DNA of 64,000 nucleotides from Clostridia bacterium (GCA_016297915.1 JAEDFU010000003.1:8843-72842); one strand, 5' to 3'; positions 46,972-57,665 are shown, counted from the stretch's first letter. Program-made: numbers and translations. The notes: generated from the letters alone by a model not told the origin.

Positions 46972-47637
46972 ATGGGAAAAGTATTTAATGTGACATTAGA
47001 CGGACCGGGAGGCAGTGGAAAGACCAGTATTGCCAAAGCCGTAGCAGAGAGGCTAAATATTGCCTATCTTGATACTGGAGCAATGTATAGGGGAGTTGCG
47101 TATTATATGTTGACTCACGGAATTGATGTTGCGGACGAAAAGGCTGTATTAGAGGTCTTGGACAAAGTTGACCTCAAGGTGACAAAAACTGAGTCTGGTG
47201 AACAAAAAATATTGCTTGGCAAAAAAGATATAACTTCATACATTCGTACTCCTGAGATGTCCATGGGTGCAAGCACGGTTTCAAAGATTCCTGCTGTAAG
47301 ACTCAAACTAGTGGATATTCAGCGTCGTATCGCAAGAGATACTAGTTGTGTTATAGACGGCAGAGATATTGGTAGTTATGTTTTGCCAGACGCCGAATTT
47401 AAGTTTTATTTGACCGCAGATGTAGGTGTTAGAGCCAAGCGTAGATATTTGGAGCTCAAGGACAAAGAGAATGTGACACTCGAAAAGGTCAAAGAAGATT
47501 TGATTGCAAGAGACGAACAAGATAGCAAGCGAGATTTTGCACCACTTGTTGTGCCAAAGGGAGCTTTTGTAATAGATACAACAAATTTGGGATTTGATGA
47601 GGTTTTGGATTTGGTTTTAAGCAAAATAAGTATTTAA
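46972..47637 (+). CDS. cmk: Cytidylate kinase
   Basis: LDGPGGSGKTSIAKAVA P-loop, LDTGAMYR, and DGRDIGS motifs. Confidence 0.95.
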   Translation: MGKVFNVTLDGPGGSGKTSIAKAVAERLNIAYLDTGAMYRGVAYYMLTHGIDVADEKAVLEVLDKVDLKVTKTESGEQKILLGKKDITSYIRTPEMSMGASTVSKIPAVRLKLVDIQRRIARDTSCVIDGRDIGSYVLPDAEFKFYLTADVGVRAKRRYLELKDKENVTLEKVKEDLIARDEQDSKRDFAPLVVPKGAFVIDTTNLGFDEVLDLVLSKISI

Positions 47638-47648
47638 GGTGGATTTAT

Positions 47649-48455
47649 ATGCAAAAAAGAATAGCGTTACTATATGACTTTGATTACACATTGGCACATG
47701 GTTTTATGCAACAATTTGGGCTAATGCAGGATTTGGGCTACAACGACATTGGCGAGTACTTTAAGGAATGTGAGAGACTGGCTCATGATAACGAAATGGA
47801 TATGTGTTTGTCGATGCTGTGTGGAATTTTGGAACTTGCCAAACGAAACGGCAAAGTCGTAACCAAAGAGTATCTAAGGTCTTTTGGCAAAGATATTGAG
47901 TACTACCAAGGCGTAACCGAGTGGTTTGACAAGATTAATGCAATTGGCAAGGCGTATGGTTATGAGGTAGAGCATTATGTAATTAGCAGTGGTGTTAAGG
48001 AAATTATTGAGGGCTCAGCTATTTCCAAATACTTTAAGCGAATTTATGCCAACTTTTTTGCTTACAAGCAAGGTGTTGCTTTTTGGCCTAGTCAGGTAGT
48101 TAATTACACATCCAAAACGCAATACATATTTAGAGTGAGAAAAAATGTTCTAGACGACTTGGCGTCGCTAGACAAGATTAATGCCAAGATGCCCGAAGAT
48201 GAGGTTTTGCCTTTCAAAAACATTATCTATCTTGGCGATAGTCAAACAGATATTCCGTCTTTTAAGGTCATAAAAAATAGCGGTGGAATGTCTATTTGTG
48301 TGTATGAGGGCAATAATGATGATGCACGCAAGGTTGCCCAAAAGTGCTTTGTAGAGGGACGATGCAATTATTTTGCCGAGGCAGACTTTAGGGAAACAAG
48401 TGACTTATACAGCGTCATCAGTGATTATATTAAGACAGTTTGCAAAAACAACTAA
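47649..48455 (+). CDS. HAD-superfamily hydrolase-like protein
   Basis: DFDYTL (DxDxT motif I) and YLGDSQTDIP (motif IV-like). Confidence 0.75.
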   Translation: MQKRIALLYDFDYTLAHGFMQQFGLMQDLGYNDIGEYFKECERLAHDNEMDMCLSMLCGILELAKRNGKVVTKEYLRSFGKDIEYYQGVTEWFDKINAIGKAYGYEVEHYVISSGVKEIIEGSAISKYFKRIYANFFAYKQGVAFWPSQVVNYTSKTQYIFRVRKNVLDDLASLDKINAKMPEDEVLPFKNIIYLGDSQTDIPSFKVIKNSGGMSICVYEGNNDDARKVAQKCFVEGRCNYFAEADFRETSDLYSVISDYIKTVCKNN

Positions 48456-48467
48456 ACAAGTGAGAAT

Positions 48468-50690
48468 ATGACAAGACTTAGAGATTTGACAGTAATCAAG
48501 GGAATGATAGAAGAAGTAATCTTTCGAAACGACGATACCAATTATACCGTCGTTTTGGTTGATGTCAACAAAGAACTCATAACTGCTACTGGCAAATTTC
48601 CAGTTATTAATGAGGGCGAATGGGTCGAGCTAAATGGCAAATTTGTTCTCAATCAAAAATACGGTGAGCAGTTTGCAGTAGATAGTGTCAAATTAAGTCC
48701 GCCAAATACTCTTGACGGAATTGTAAGATATCTAAGCAGTGGATTAATTCCTGGGGTTGGTCCTGTAACTGCTATGAATATTGTCAATAAGTTTGGTGAG
48801 TCGACTTTGGATATTATTCACTACAATCCCTCAAGACTTGCCGAATGCCGAAATGTTAGTGCCAAAAAGGCTGAGGAGATTGCCAAGGCTTATAGCGAAG
48901 TTCACCAAATGCAAAACGCTGTGATGATAATGCAGTCTTACCACATAAGCACAAATCTTGCAATCAAAATATACAATCAATACGGTGAGGGTACGGAAGA
49001 TATCCTCAAGAATAATCCTTACAAAATGGTCGAAGATGTTGCGGGCATTGGCTTTTTTACTGCCGACAAAATAGCAATTAGCATGGGAGTGCCACTAGAT
49101 TCGGACTTTAGAGTAAGGGCAGGGATACTTCATATTCTTAGAGAGAATAGCGACAAAAATGGCAATACATATATGCTCAAGACTGCTCTTGTTGAGGGTG
49201 TGTATGGACTGCTTAATATTCCTAATTTGGAGACTCGCATAGATAGTATTATTAGCAAGCTTGTAATGGATGATTATTTAAGGCTATTGGATATTGGCGG
49301 AGAGGCTGTGGCTTTGGGACAGTATTATAAGATTGAAAAAGTCCTCGCAGATAGTCTAATACTTCTTAACTCAGACACCGAAAAACTAGGTCTAGACATC
49401 TCCGACGAAATCAAGATGTATGAGACAATCAATCATATAACCATGCATGAGCACCAAAAACAAGCCGTACAACTAGCAGTCAACAATGGTGTGTCGGTGA
49501 TAACTGGTGGGCCAGGCACAGGCAAAACAACTATAATTAAGTGCATACTTCAGATATTCAAAAACATGGGTAAAAAGGTCAAACTCATGGCACCAACTGG
49601 GCGTGCTGCCAAGAGACTTTCGGAAAGTACAGGAGTCGAGGCAAGCACAATTCATAGGGCTCTTGAGATGCAGGGTGGTGACGATACCAAGTTTTTGTTT
49701 AACACCAATCAAAAACTCAACTACGATGTAATCATAGTTGACGAGGTTAGTATGGTAGATAGCCAACTAATGTACTTTTTGGTAAGGGCCATTAAGCGTG
49801 GCTCTAGGCTCATTTTGGTGGGAGACAAGGACCAATTAGCAAGCGTTGGAGCAGGTAATGTTTTGGGGGATATTTTGGACAGCGGATGTTTTGCTACAAT
49901 GTGTCTCACTCAAATCTATAGACAAAGCGAAGATAGTCTAATCATTGTCAATGCCCATGCAATCAATCAAGGCAAAATGCCAGAACTAAGCAACAAATCC
50001 AAGGACTTTTTCTTTGACAAAAAGGAGTCTAACGAGGAGGCTTTGGATAGCATTATTAATATGTGCACAACAAGAATCCCTAATTTTTTGGATATAGACA
50101 GTAGCAAAGTCCAAGTTCTAGCCCCAATGAAAGCAGGAATTGTTGGCATAGACAATATCAATAGATGTTTGCAAGACAAACTCAATCCAGCGTCACTCAA
50201 AAAGCCTGAGGTCGAAAACGATAAATGTATATATCGAAAATATGATAGAGTTATGCAAATAACCAATAACTATGAGCGTACTTGGTCAAAAGACGGCGTG
50301 CAAGGCTCGGGAGTTTTTAATGGAGATATTGGAAATATTATAGATATTGACCTTAATACAAGCGAAGTTGTCGTAGGTTTTGAGGACGGACGAGTAGCAA
50401 GATATCTCAAGACCGACCTAAGCGAGCTTACTTTGAGTTATGCAATAACAATTCATAAGTCTCAAGGCAGTGAATTTGATGTCGTAATTATTCCAGTGCT
50501 TTCGGGACCACCAATGCTACTTACTCGAAATCTACTTTATACAGCAGTTACTCGTGCAAAAAAAATGGTTGTTATAATCGGCACAAAACAATGTGTTGCA
50601 CGAATGGTTCACAACAATTACACCAAGATTAGATACACAATGCTCAAATATTTTTTGGAAATGGACGGCGAAAAATATGAAAATTCTTGA
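48468..50690 (+). CDS. recD2: RecD2-type ATP-dependent DNA helicase (SF1B)
   Basis: GGPGTGKTT Walker A, VDEVSMVD, C-terminal YAITIHKSQGSE, and an N-terminal HhH region. Confidence 0.92.
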   Translation: MTRLRDLTVIKGMIEEVIFRNDDTNYTVVLVDVNKELITATGKFPVINEGEWVELNGKFVLNQKYGEQFAVDSVKLSPPNTLDGIVRYLSSGLIPGVGPVTAMNIVNKFGESTLDIIHYNPSRLAECRNVSAKKAEEIAKAYSEVHQMQNAVMIMQSYHISTNLAIKIYNQYGEGTEDILKNNPYKMVEDVAGIGFFTADKIAISMGVPLDSDFRVRAGILHILRENSDKNGNTYMLKTALVEGVYGLLNIPNLETRIDSIISKLVMDDYLRLLDIGGEAVALGQYYKIEKVLADSLILLNSDTEKLGLDISDEIKMYETINHITMHEHQKQAVQLAVNNGVSVITGGPGTGKTTIIKCILQIFKNMGKKVKLMAPTGRAAKRLSESTGVEASTIHRALEMQGGDDTKFLFNTNQKLNYDVIIVDEVSMVDSQLMYFLVRAIKRGSRLILVGDKDQLASVGAGNVLGDILDSGCFATMCLTQIYRQSEDSLIIVNAHAINQGKMPELSNKSKDFFFDKKESNEEALDSIINMCTTRIPNFLDIDSSKVQVLAPMKAGIVGIDNINRCLQDKLNPASLKKPEVENDKCIYRKYDRVMQITNNYERTWSKDGVQGSGVFNGDIGNIIDIDLNTSEVVVGFEDGRVARYLKTDLSELTLSYAITIHKSQGSEFDVVIIPVLSGPPMLLTRNLLYTAVTRAKKMVVIIGTKQCVARMVHNNYTKIRYTMLKYFLEMDGEKYENS

Positions 50691-51423
50691 GCTTTTGTTT
50701 CCGCAAAATGTTAAATGTCTGATTTGTGGCAAAGAGGATGGCGGATTTGGAATCTGTGATGAATGTGTTAAGTCTTTGCCATACATCGATGGCAAAACTT
50801 GCATAAAGTGCGGAGCTCCAATAAATTCTGGCAAGGTTTGTTATGAATGTAAAAATAGCAATCACCACTTTGAAAGAGTATTTTCAATATTTAACTATGA
50901 TGGAGTAATCAAACAATCTATTATTAAATTCAAACAAGCAGGGTCTAAGTATGTAGGTCGTCCGCTTGCCACGCTTGTTGCAGATTATTTTGACAAATTA
51001 GATATTCCTTTTGATACAATTATCCCAATGCCAATTCATCCAAATAGACTAGCGTCAAGAGGTTTCAATCAAAGTGAACTTTTGCTTGAAGTTGTCAAGT
51101 CTAGATATGGCAGAGTGTATAGTAATGTTCTTGCCAGAGTCAAAGACACACCTCACCAAACAGGTCTTGGCAAAATGAATAGACAAAAGAACTTGGACAA
51201 AGCCTTTAAGGTTATCGAAAAATCCAAAGTAAAAAACAAAGTTGTTCTCGTCTTTGACGATATATACACAACTGGTTCTACAATTGATGAGGTTGCCAAA
51301 ACCCTCTACAAGGCTGGAGCAGTCAAAGTGTATGGGCTGTGTTTGGCTCATGCTATGTTCAAAAACGACAAGGTTGTACAATCTAATCCTAGTGCTTTGG
51401 ATTTAATTGATATTTATATCTAA
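50677..51423 (+). CDS. comFC: ComF-family protein (double zinc ribbon plus phosphoribosyltransferase domain)
   Basis: CLICG…C.EC…C.KCG…CYEC and the PRTase motif VVLVFDDIYTTGST. The ATG at 50677 overlaps the recD2 stop. Confidence 0.85.
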   Translation: MKILELLFPQNVKCLICGKEDGGFGICDECVKSLPYIDGKTCIKCGAPINSGKVCYECKNSNHHFERVFSIFNYDGVIKQSIIKFKQAGSKYVGRPLATLVADYFDKLDIPFDTIIPMPIHPNRLASRGFNQSELLLEVVKSRYGRVYSNVLARVKDTPHQTGLGKMNRQKNLDKAFKVIEKSKVKNKVVLVFDDIYTTGSTIDEVAKTLYKAGAVKVYGLCLAHAMFKNDKVVQSNPSALDLIDIYI

Positions 51424-51424
51424 A

Positions 51425-51467
51425 AAAAGTCGACAATTTGGGGATTTCCCAAAGCCGACTTTTTTTT
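51425..51467 (+). terminator. Terminator after comFC
   Basis: AAGTCGAC…TTTGGGGatttCCCAAA…GCCGACTT composite hairpin followed by T8. Confidence 0.7.
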
Positions 51468-51648
51468 GTAGAGTATTTGCGGTTAGGGCTCTTTTTGATT
51501 GATATTTGGCAAAGACTTGCAAAATTTTTGTTACTATTTGTATGTATAGACTGCTTAAAGTGCTTAAATTGTTTGGATTTTTCGCCGTATTATTATAAAA
51601 TACTATGTAAGTGATACAATTACAACTAAGGAGACTTAAAAATTAGAC

Positions 51649-54489
51649 ATGGGATTTTGGAGTAAAATTTTCAAATCAGATAATACACGAAATGTTGAAA
51701 AATTGGAAAAGATTGCAAAGAAAGTAGAAGATTTGCAAGATAAATATAGAGCATATAGTGACGAGGATCTCAAGAATACTACAACTATTCTCAAACAGCG
51801 TTTGGCTGACGGCGAAAAGACTATAGATATTTTGCCAGATGCTTTTGCTTGTGTTAGAGAGGCAAGTAGCAGAGTTATTGGCAAGCGTCATTATCATGTT
51901 CAGATTCTTGGAGGAATTGCCTTGTTCCAAGGCAGAATTGCCGAGATGAAAACAGGTGAAGGTAAGACTCTTGTTGAGACTCTTCCTGCGTATCTAGTAG
52001 CGCTAGAGGGCAAGGGTGTGCATATCGTTACCGTCAACGAATACTTGTCAACTCGTGACGCCGAGTGGATGGGCAAAATATTTAAGTTCTTGGGACTAAC
52101 AGTTGGTATCAATACTCACGATATGACCCCAGATAAGAAAAAAGAAGCTTACGCTTGCGACATAACTTATTCAACAAATAACGAACTAGGTTTTGACTAT
52201 TTGAGAGACAACATGGTTATGCGTCCAGAGGATAGAGTTGCAAGAGGCTATCACTTTGCAATCATTGATGAGGTGGATAGTATTCTTATTGATGAGGCAA
52301 GAACTCCGCTTATCATATCTGGCAAGGGCATGAAGAGTAGTGAGGATTACAAAAAGGCTAGTAGATTTGCCAAATCCTTGAAACCTACCGACTACGAAAT
52401 TGACGAAAAAGAAAAAGCCATAAGACTAAACGAAAACGGAATTGCCAAGGCAGAAAGATATTTTGCAGTAGATAACCTAAGTGACATCAATAATATTGAA
52501 CTTAACCACTACATCAACAACGCACTCAAAGCTCAATACATTATGCTCAAGGATAATAACTACATCGTCAAAGACGGTGAGGTTGTAATCGTCGATGAGT
52601 TTACAGGAAGACTTATGGAGGGTAGAAAGTACTCAAACGGACTTCATCAAGCCATTGAGGCCAAAGAGGGACTCGAAGTCAGAGACGAAAATAAGACTTT
52701 GGCTACTATCACTTTCCAAAACTTCTTTAGAATTTACGACAAGATTAGCGGAATGACCGGTACTGCCAAAACTGAAGAAACTGAGTTTAACAAAATCTAT
52801 AACCTAGATGTTGTTACAATTCCAACAAACAAACCAGTTAGGCGTATTGACTGGACAGATATTATTTATCCAACCGAAAAGGCAAAAATCAACGCCATTG
52901 TTGAGGAAGTCAAAAAGGTTCATGCTGAGGGGCGTCCTATTCTTGTAGGCACTATCACTATCGAAAAGAGTGAGGAAATATCCAAGGAACTCAAACAAGC
53001 CAAAATCAAACATAATGTGCTAAATGCCAAAAATCATCAAAAAGAAAGTATGATAATAGCCCAAGCAGGCAGACTTGGTCAGGTTACAATTGCTACTAAC
53101 ATGGCTGGTCGTGGTACAGATATTATGCTTGGTGGTAACCCAGAGTATCTAGCCAAACAAAAAATGCAAGAATTAGGCTACACAGATGAACAAATAGAAT
53201 TTTGTACTTCCTACTTGCCAAGCGATAGCCCAGAACTAGAAAAAGCTAGAGAAAAGTACAAAAAGTATTACAAAGAATTTGAGCAAGTAACCGATGACGA
53301 AAAGCAAAAGGTTATCCAGCTAGGTGGACTCCACATTATTGGTACAGAGCGTCACGAAAGTAGGCGTATCGACAACCAGTTGAGAGGTCGTGCTGGTCGT
53401 CAAGGAGACCCAGGTTCAAGTGTTTTCTATGTTAGTATGGAAGACGAATTAATGCGTAGATTTGGCGGAGACAAATTGCAGGGCGTTGTAAGGTTCTTCA
53501 AGATTTCCGACGATACAGCATTTACTCTCAAATTCCTAGCAAGACAAATTGAGGCTGCTCAAAGACGAATTGAGGGATTTAACTTTTCTGCTCGTCATAC
53601 TGTGCTTAAGTTTGACGATGTCAACAACCAACAACGAAAAGAGATTTACAAAGAGCGTAATAGAGTATTAGACGGTGCTGATGTTCACGACGAAGTTTTG
53701 GACATGATTGCCGAGTTTGCAAGAAACACTGTTTTGGATAGTCTTGACGGCGTTGAGAATTGGGAAGAATGGAATATCGAAAAGATTAATAGCAACCTCA
53801 ATAACCGTGTACTTCCTGCAGATGCAAACTTTGTAACTGAGGAAATGGTCGAGGGACTAGAGAGTAGTGAACTTGCCGAAAAAGTTGCCGAAAAAGCCAA
53901 AGAGGTTTATGATGCAAAATGCAAGTCTCTAAATGCAGTCAAAATAGATAGTAACCGTATTGAGCGTGAAATACTACTTAGAGTTGTAGATAGTCTATGG
54001 AGAGACCATATCGACTTTATGGAAATTTTGCGTGGCGAGATTGGTCTTAGAGCGTACGGAAACCACGACCCACTTATTGCTTACAAGGAGGAAAGTAGCC
54101 GTGCCTACGAGGAAATGGTTTCAAAGGTTAGAGAAGAGACAGCAATGTTCCTACTTAACTTCAAAGTTCAAATCGAAAGAACTGTGCCTATTCATGTAAC
54201 CAAAAAGGATTTGACTCCTGAGGATATTGCCAAAATCCGAAAGATTGCAGAGGACAAAATTAGGGAGCAAAAAGCAGGTGGGGTAAATCCAACAACTGCT
54301 CCAAATAACTCCAAAGCACAAGACGATTTGGATAAACTTATGAAAGCTCCAACAAGTATTGATATGGTCACAAATATGACCGAAAATACACAAGCAAAAA
54401 CCAAAGGAAAAGTTGTAGGCCGAAATGACCTTTGTCCATGCGGTTCAGGGCTTAAGTACAAAAACTGTTGCGGAAAAAATGCAAAATAA
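51649..54489 (+). CDS. secA: Preprotein translocase ATPase SecA
   Basis: DEAD motor motifs (MKTGEGKTL, IIDEVDSILIDEARTPLIISG) and the C-terminal zinc tail CPCGSGLKYKNCCG. Confidence 0.97.
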   Translation: MGFWSKIFKSDNTRNVEKLEKIAKKVEDLQDKYRAYSDEDLKNTTTILKQRLADGEKTIDILPDAFACVREASSRVIGKRHYHVQILGGIALFQGRIAEMKTGEGKTLVETLPAYLVALEGKGVHIVTVNEYLSTRDAEWMGKIFKFLGLTVGINTHDMTPDKKKEAYACDITYSTNNELGFDYLRDNMVMRPEDRVARGYHFAIIDEVDSILIDEARTPLIISGKGMKSSEDYKKASRFAKSLKPTDYEIDEKEKAIRLNENGIAKAERYFAVDNLSDINNIELNHYINNALKAQYIMLKDNNYIVKDGEVVIVDEFTGRLMEGRKYSNGLHQAIEAKEGLEVRDENKTLATITFQNFFRIYDKISGMTGTAKTEETEFNKIYNLDVVTIPTNKPVRRIDWTDIIYPTEKAKINAIVEEVKKVHAEGRPILVGTITIEKSEEISKELKQAKIKHNVLNAKNHQKESMIIAQAGRLGQVTIATNMAGRGTDIMLGGNPEYLAKQKMQELGYTDEQIEFCTSYLPSDSPELEKAREKYKKYYKEFEQVTDDEKQKVIQLGGLHIIGTERHESRRIDNQLRGRAGRQGDPGSSVFYVSMEDELMRRFGGDKLQGVVRFFKISDDTAFTLKFLARQIEAAQRRIEGFNFSARHTVLKFDDVNNQQRKEIYKERNRVLDGADVHDEVLDMIAEFARNTVLDSLDGVENWEEWNIEKINSNLNNRVLPADANFVTEEMVEGLESSELAEKVAEKAKEVYDAKCKSLNAVKIDSNRIEREILLRVVDSLWRDHIDFMEILRGEIGLRAYGNHDPLIAYKEESSRAYEEMVSKVREETAMFLLNFKVQIERTVPIHVTKKDLTPEDIAKIRKIAEDKIREQKAGGVNPTTAPNNSKAQDDLDKLMKAPTSIDMVTNMTENTQAKTKGKVVGRNDLCPCGSGLKYKNCCGKNAK

Positions 54490-54491
54490 AC

Positions 54492-54527
54492 AAAAAAAGT
54501 TTACATAATTTGTGTAAACTTTTTTGT
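54492..54527. terminator. Bidirectional terminator between secA and the XRE gene
   Basis: AAGTTTACA…TGTAAACTT hairpin flanked by A- and T-tracts. Confidence 0.65.
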
Positions 54528-54553
54528 TTTGCAAACTTATACTTTGCTTGAAA

Positions 54554-54793
54554 TTATCTAAATAATTCATTGATGTCAATACCCAATATCAAAGAGGCAA
54601 CATATACCTCTTTGTCAGTGGCTATTCTAGTTTGCCCCTCAAGTTTTGAATAACTAGTAGGATTGATGTCCACTCCTCTAATTTGCATTTGAGCAATAAA
54701 GTCTTTTTGTTTGATATGTTTTTGTAATCTAATTCTTTCCAAATTATGTCCAATAATATTTGCATCACCATAAGGCTTTTTTCTTAACTTCAT
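54554..54793 (-). CDS. XRE-family HTH transcriptional regulator
   Basis: IGHNLERIRLQKHIKQKDFIAQMQ… HTH_3-like; AGGGGA RBS. Confidence 0.8.
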   Translation of the reverse strand: MKLRKKPYGDANIIGHNLERIRLQKHIKQKDFIAQMQIRGVDINPTSYSKLEGQTRIATDKEVYVASLILGIDINELFR

Positions 54794-54831
54794 ATTTTTA
54801 TTCCCCTGGAGAATTATAATGCTTTAAATTA

Positions 54832-54860
54832 TTGACATAATTCCGTAAAAGAATTATAAT
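54832..54860 (+). promoter_or_regulatory. Consensus sigma-A promoter for the lipoprotein gene
   Basis: TTGACA, 17-nt spacer, TATAAT. Confidence 0.6.
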
Positions 54861-54889
54861 CAAACTATTAAACCAAGGAGGATAAATAA

Positions 54890-55705
54890 TTGAAAAACAA
54901 TTTGAAGAAAATTATTGCAGGCGTGGGAATTGGAACAATGCTTGCTGGTGGTGCATTTTTGACTACAGGATGTACTGCTGATTTGTCGCAAGATCAAATG
55001 TCAAAAATAATGCAAACTGTAGATAATGCAGACAAATTTATGGAGGAGGGTATCAATTACTTCAATCTTGAAGATCATCTGACAAGAGAAGATATATTGG
55101 CAAAATATAATGGTGCTGTTGGTTCATTTATGTTAAACAAAGATAATATTTTGGATAATGTAACAGTAACAACAGATGGCAGTGACTCAAACGCCTTGAT
55201 AATTGCACAGGTGTTCAAAAAATCTAGTGGCGAAAGCGTGATGCTTCAATTAAGAAAAGATTTGGAAACAGGCGAGACTGAAGTTATCGACTACAAAGAT
55301 AGCACACAGCACCCAGATGCATCCACTGACCGCAAATCTTATTTGTATTATCGCAACTGCTTGATGTTTGGCACTGACGACGCTAAGTTTCACAAATTGA
55401 CTGCAGATGAAATTGTAGAGTGTAAAATTTTGGAGAATGGAAACATTGCAGTAACAGCATTTACATACAAATTTTTTGGTTCAGATGAAATGGGATTTAT
55501 AACATTTGAATTGCTTCCAAATGGAGCATTTGCAAAATTGAGTTATAGAGTTATAGAATATACTCCAGTAGGTACAAATCCAACAGGTGATAATGTTATT
55601 TTAGATCAGGTAGAAAAAGAGCATACATTTGTCTATGAATACAACAAACTTACTGAAACAGAAATTAATGCAAACATCCAAAAGTATAATCAAAGCAATA
55701 ATTAA
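54890..55705 (+). CDS. Lipoprotein, unknown function
   Basis: GGAGG RBS lies 8 nt before the TTG start; lipobox LTTGC. Confidence 0.75.
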   Translation: MKNNLKKIIAGVGIGTMLAGGAFLTTGCTADLSQDQMSKIMQTVDNADKFMEEGINYFNLEDHLTREDILAKYNGAVGSFMLNKDNILDNVTVTTDGSDSNALIIAQVFKKSSGESVMLQLRKDLETGETEVIDYKDSTQHPDASTDRKSYLYYRNCLMFGTDDAKFHKLTADEIVECKILENGNIAVTAFTYKFFGSDEMGFITFELLPNGAFAKLSYRVIEYTPVGTNPTGDNVILDQVEKEHTFVYEYNKLTETEINANIQKYNQSNN

Positions 55706-55711
55706 TTAGTA

Positions 55712-55762
55712 AAAAAACACTTAAATTAATTGATAAAAATATCTTTAATTTAAGTGTTTTCT
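55712..55762. terminator. Bidirectional terminator between the lipoprotein gene and metK
   Basis: AAACACTTAAATTA…TAATTTAAGTGTTT long hairpin. Confidence 0.65.
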
Positions 55763-55764
55763 CT

Positions 55765-56919
55765 TTACTTTGTGATAGTTGTTTTTATCTTTTCCCAAGG
55801 AAAGTCGGGTCTGCCAAAGTGTCCAAAGCAGGCTGTTTTTTGATAAATAGGTCTGTTCAAATCTAGTTCGCTTATTATATTGCTTAGTGAAAAATCAAAG
55901 TTTTCGTGAACAAATTTGTAAATATCATCCAAAGACACTTTTTCTGTTCCAAAAGTATCAATGTTATAAGATACTGGTGTAGATAGTCCAATAGCGTATG
56001 CGACTTGAATTTCGCATTTGTCAGCAAGATTATGTGCTACAATATTTTTGGCTACATATCTAGCGTAGTACGCTGCAGACCTATCCACTTTGGTGGCGTT
56101 TTTGCTACTAAAGCAACCGCCTCCAACTCGACCAACTCCGCCATAAGTGTCTACAACAATTTTTCTGCCAACACAGCCACTGTCGCCAAAAGATCCCCAA
56201 ATAGTAAATCTTCCGCTTGGGTTGATTATATACTTAGTATTTGTAAGTAGCTCCTTGTATTCGCTCAAAACAGGGTTTAAGACATTTTGTGTAATGATTT
56301 TGACAATGTCGTCATGACTGAGGCGTGGGCTGTGCGAAACAGATATAAGCACAGTATCTATTCTTGTAGGCTTGCCATTGGAGTACTCAATGCTGACTTG
56401 GGATTTGGCGTCGGCAAAAAAGTCGTTTGTGAGTCTTCGAAACTCGTCAAATTTTTGCATAATCTTGTGTGCAATTATTATCGGCATTGGCATAAGCTCA
56501 CTTGTTTCGTTAGTTGCATATCCATACACCATGCCTTGATCGTTGGCACATAGCGTGTCAGAGACAACAGCATGATTGATGTCTGCACTCTGCGCGCTTA
56601 TTTGTTTGATAATCTCAAAATCATTGGTGTAACCGATGTCTTTTAGAATTTGTTTGGCAATACCGTCATAGTCGATTTTGGCGGTTGTGGTGGACTCGCC
56701 ATAGACAAATAATTTGTTGTCTTTTATTGCACATTCAACAGCCATTTGTGCGTTTGGGTCTTGGGATAAGGCACTATCCAAAAAAGCATCAGCTATGACA
56801 TCGCAAGTCTTGTCTGGATGTCCGATATTCACACTCTCACTAGTAATTATTGAGTGAATGTTTTGTGCTAAATTTGCATGTTTCGAATTTTTCTTTGTTT
56901 GAGATAATTCTGTTCTCAT
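55765..56919 (-). CDS. metK: S-adenosylmethionine synthase
   Basis: TSESV..GHPDK.CD, GDQG, and GGGAFSGKD-like (GGGCFSSKN) motifs. It has about 20 extra N-terminal residues. Confidence 0.95.
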   Translation of the reverse strand: MRTELSQTKKNSKHANLAQNIHSIITSESVNIGHPDKTCDVIADAFLDSALSQDPNAQMAVECAIKDNKLFVYGESTTTAKIDYDGIAKQILKDIGYTNDFEIIKQISAQSADINHAVVSDTLCANDQGMVYGYATNETSELMPMPIIIAHKIMQKFDEFRRLTNDFFADAKSQVSIEYSNGKPTRIDTVLISVSHSPRLSHDDIVKIITQNVLNPVLSEYKELLTNTKYIINPSGRFTIWGSFGDSGCVGRKIVVDTYGGVGRVGGGCFSSKNATKVDRSAAYYARYVAKNIVAHNLADKCEIQVAYAIGLSTPVSYNIDTFGTEKVSLDDIYKFVHENFDFSLSNIISELDLNRPIYQKTACFGHFGRPDFPWEKIKTTITK

Positions 56920-56984
56920 TTTTTGAAGTCTCCTAAATTTATTATTTCCAATAAGTAATTATTTGTAAGCTAACGATTGAAACA

Positions 56985-57135
56985 TAAAAAACAAAAAGTC
57001 CCATCGTCTCCGATGGGATAAAAATCTCGATAAAGGAAATGCCCATCGGTCAGCCTTTAGCACCTTGTAAATCTTTACAGGTTGCTGTGTGGTCATAGGG
57101 GCTGTCCCTCGCACACTCTTAATGGATATTAAGAA
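56985..57135 (-). promoter_or_regulatory. SAM-I (S-box) riboswitch with terminator, leader of metK
   Basis: The minus strand reads CTTAATATCCATTAAGAG…GCGAGGGACAGCCCCTATGACC…GCAACC…GGTGCTAAAGGC…, then the CCCATCG-gaga-CGATGGG hairpin and a T-tract. Confidence 0.85.
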
Positions 57136-57461
57136 TTTATACTACTTTGAGGTGTTTGTCAATAAATTTTACAAAAAAATTAAAAAAATTTTTTGAGTTT
57201 TATGTTTGGCAAGTAATTAGAATGTTACAATATCCCAGTAAGCGCTTTAAACAGCGAGTGTTTCTAACAAAACAAGTATATTAAGTCCAATAAATGTTAA
57301 GTATTAAACATGTCTGAGAGGATATTGCTTTATACTGTCAAAGAGTTTGTTGTCATCAAAATATGTTTTACCTTTTGTTGTTTCCATGCTAAAATTTTTG
57401 CCAAAGAATGGGGATTTAAACTCCAAAAGCCAACAAAACCTATCAAATATGCAAAAATCTA

Positions 57462-57491
57462 TTGACAACCAGCCTAGGATTTTGCTAAAAT
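57462..57491 (+). promoter_or_regulatory. Candidate promoter for tRNA-Ser
   Basis: TTGACA, 18-nt spacer, TAAAAT, about 84 nt upstream of the tRNA. Confidence 0.45.
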
Positions 57492-57574
57492 ACTATTGTT
57501 TCGCAGTTATACAAAAGTTGCGAGATACAAAACTCAATAAGTCCAATTGGACAGAATTATTTTCGGAAAGTTAT

Positions 57575-57665
57575 GGAGAAGTACTCAAGAGGCCGAAGAG
57601 GCGCCCCTGCTAAGGGTGTAGTGCGGGAAACTGCAGCGAGGGTTCAAATCCCTCCTTCTCCGCCA
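57575..57665 (+). tRNA. tRNA-Ser (anticodon GCU), CCA encoded
   Basis: Hand-folded cloverleaf: acceptor GGAGAAG/CTTCTCC, anticodon stem-loop CGCCC-CTGCTAA-GGGTG, long variable arm, T-arm GAGGG-TTCAAAT-CCCTC, discriminator G, CCA. Confidence 0.95.
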
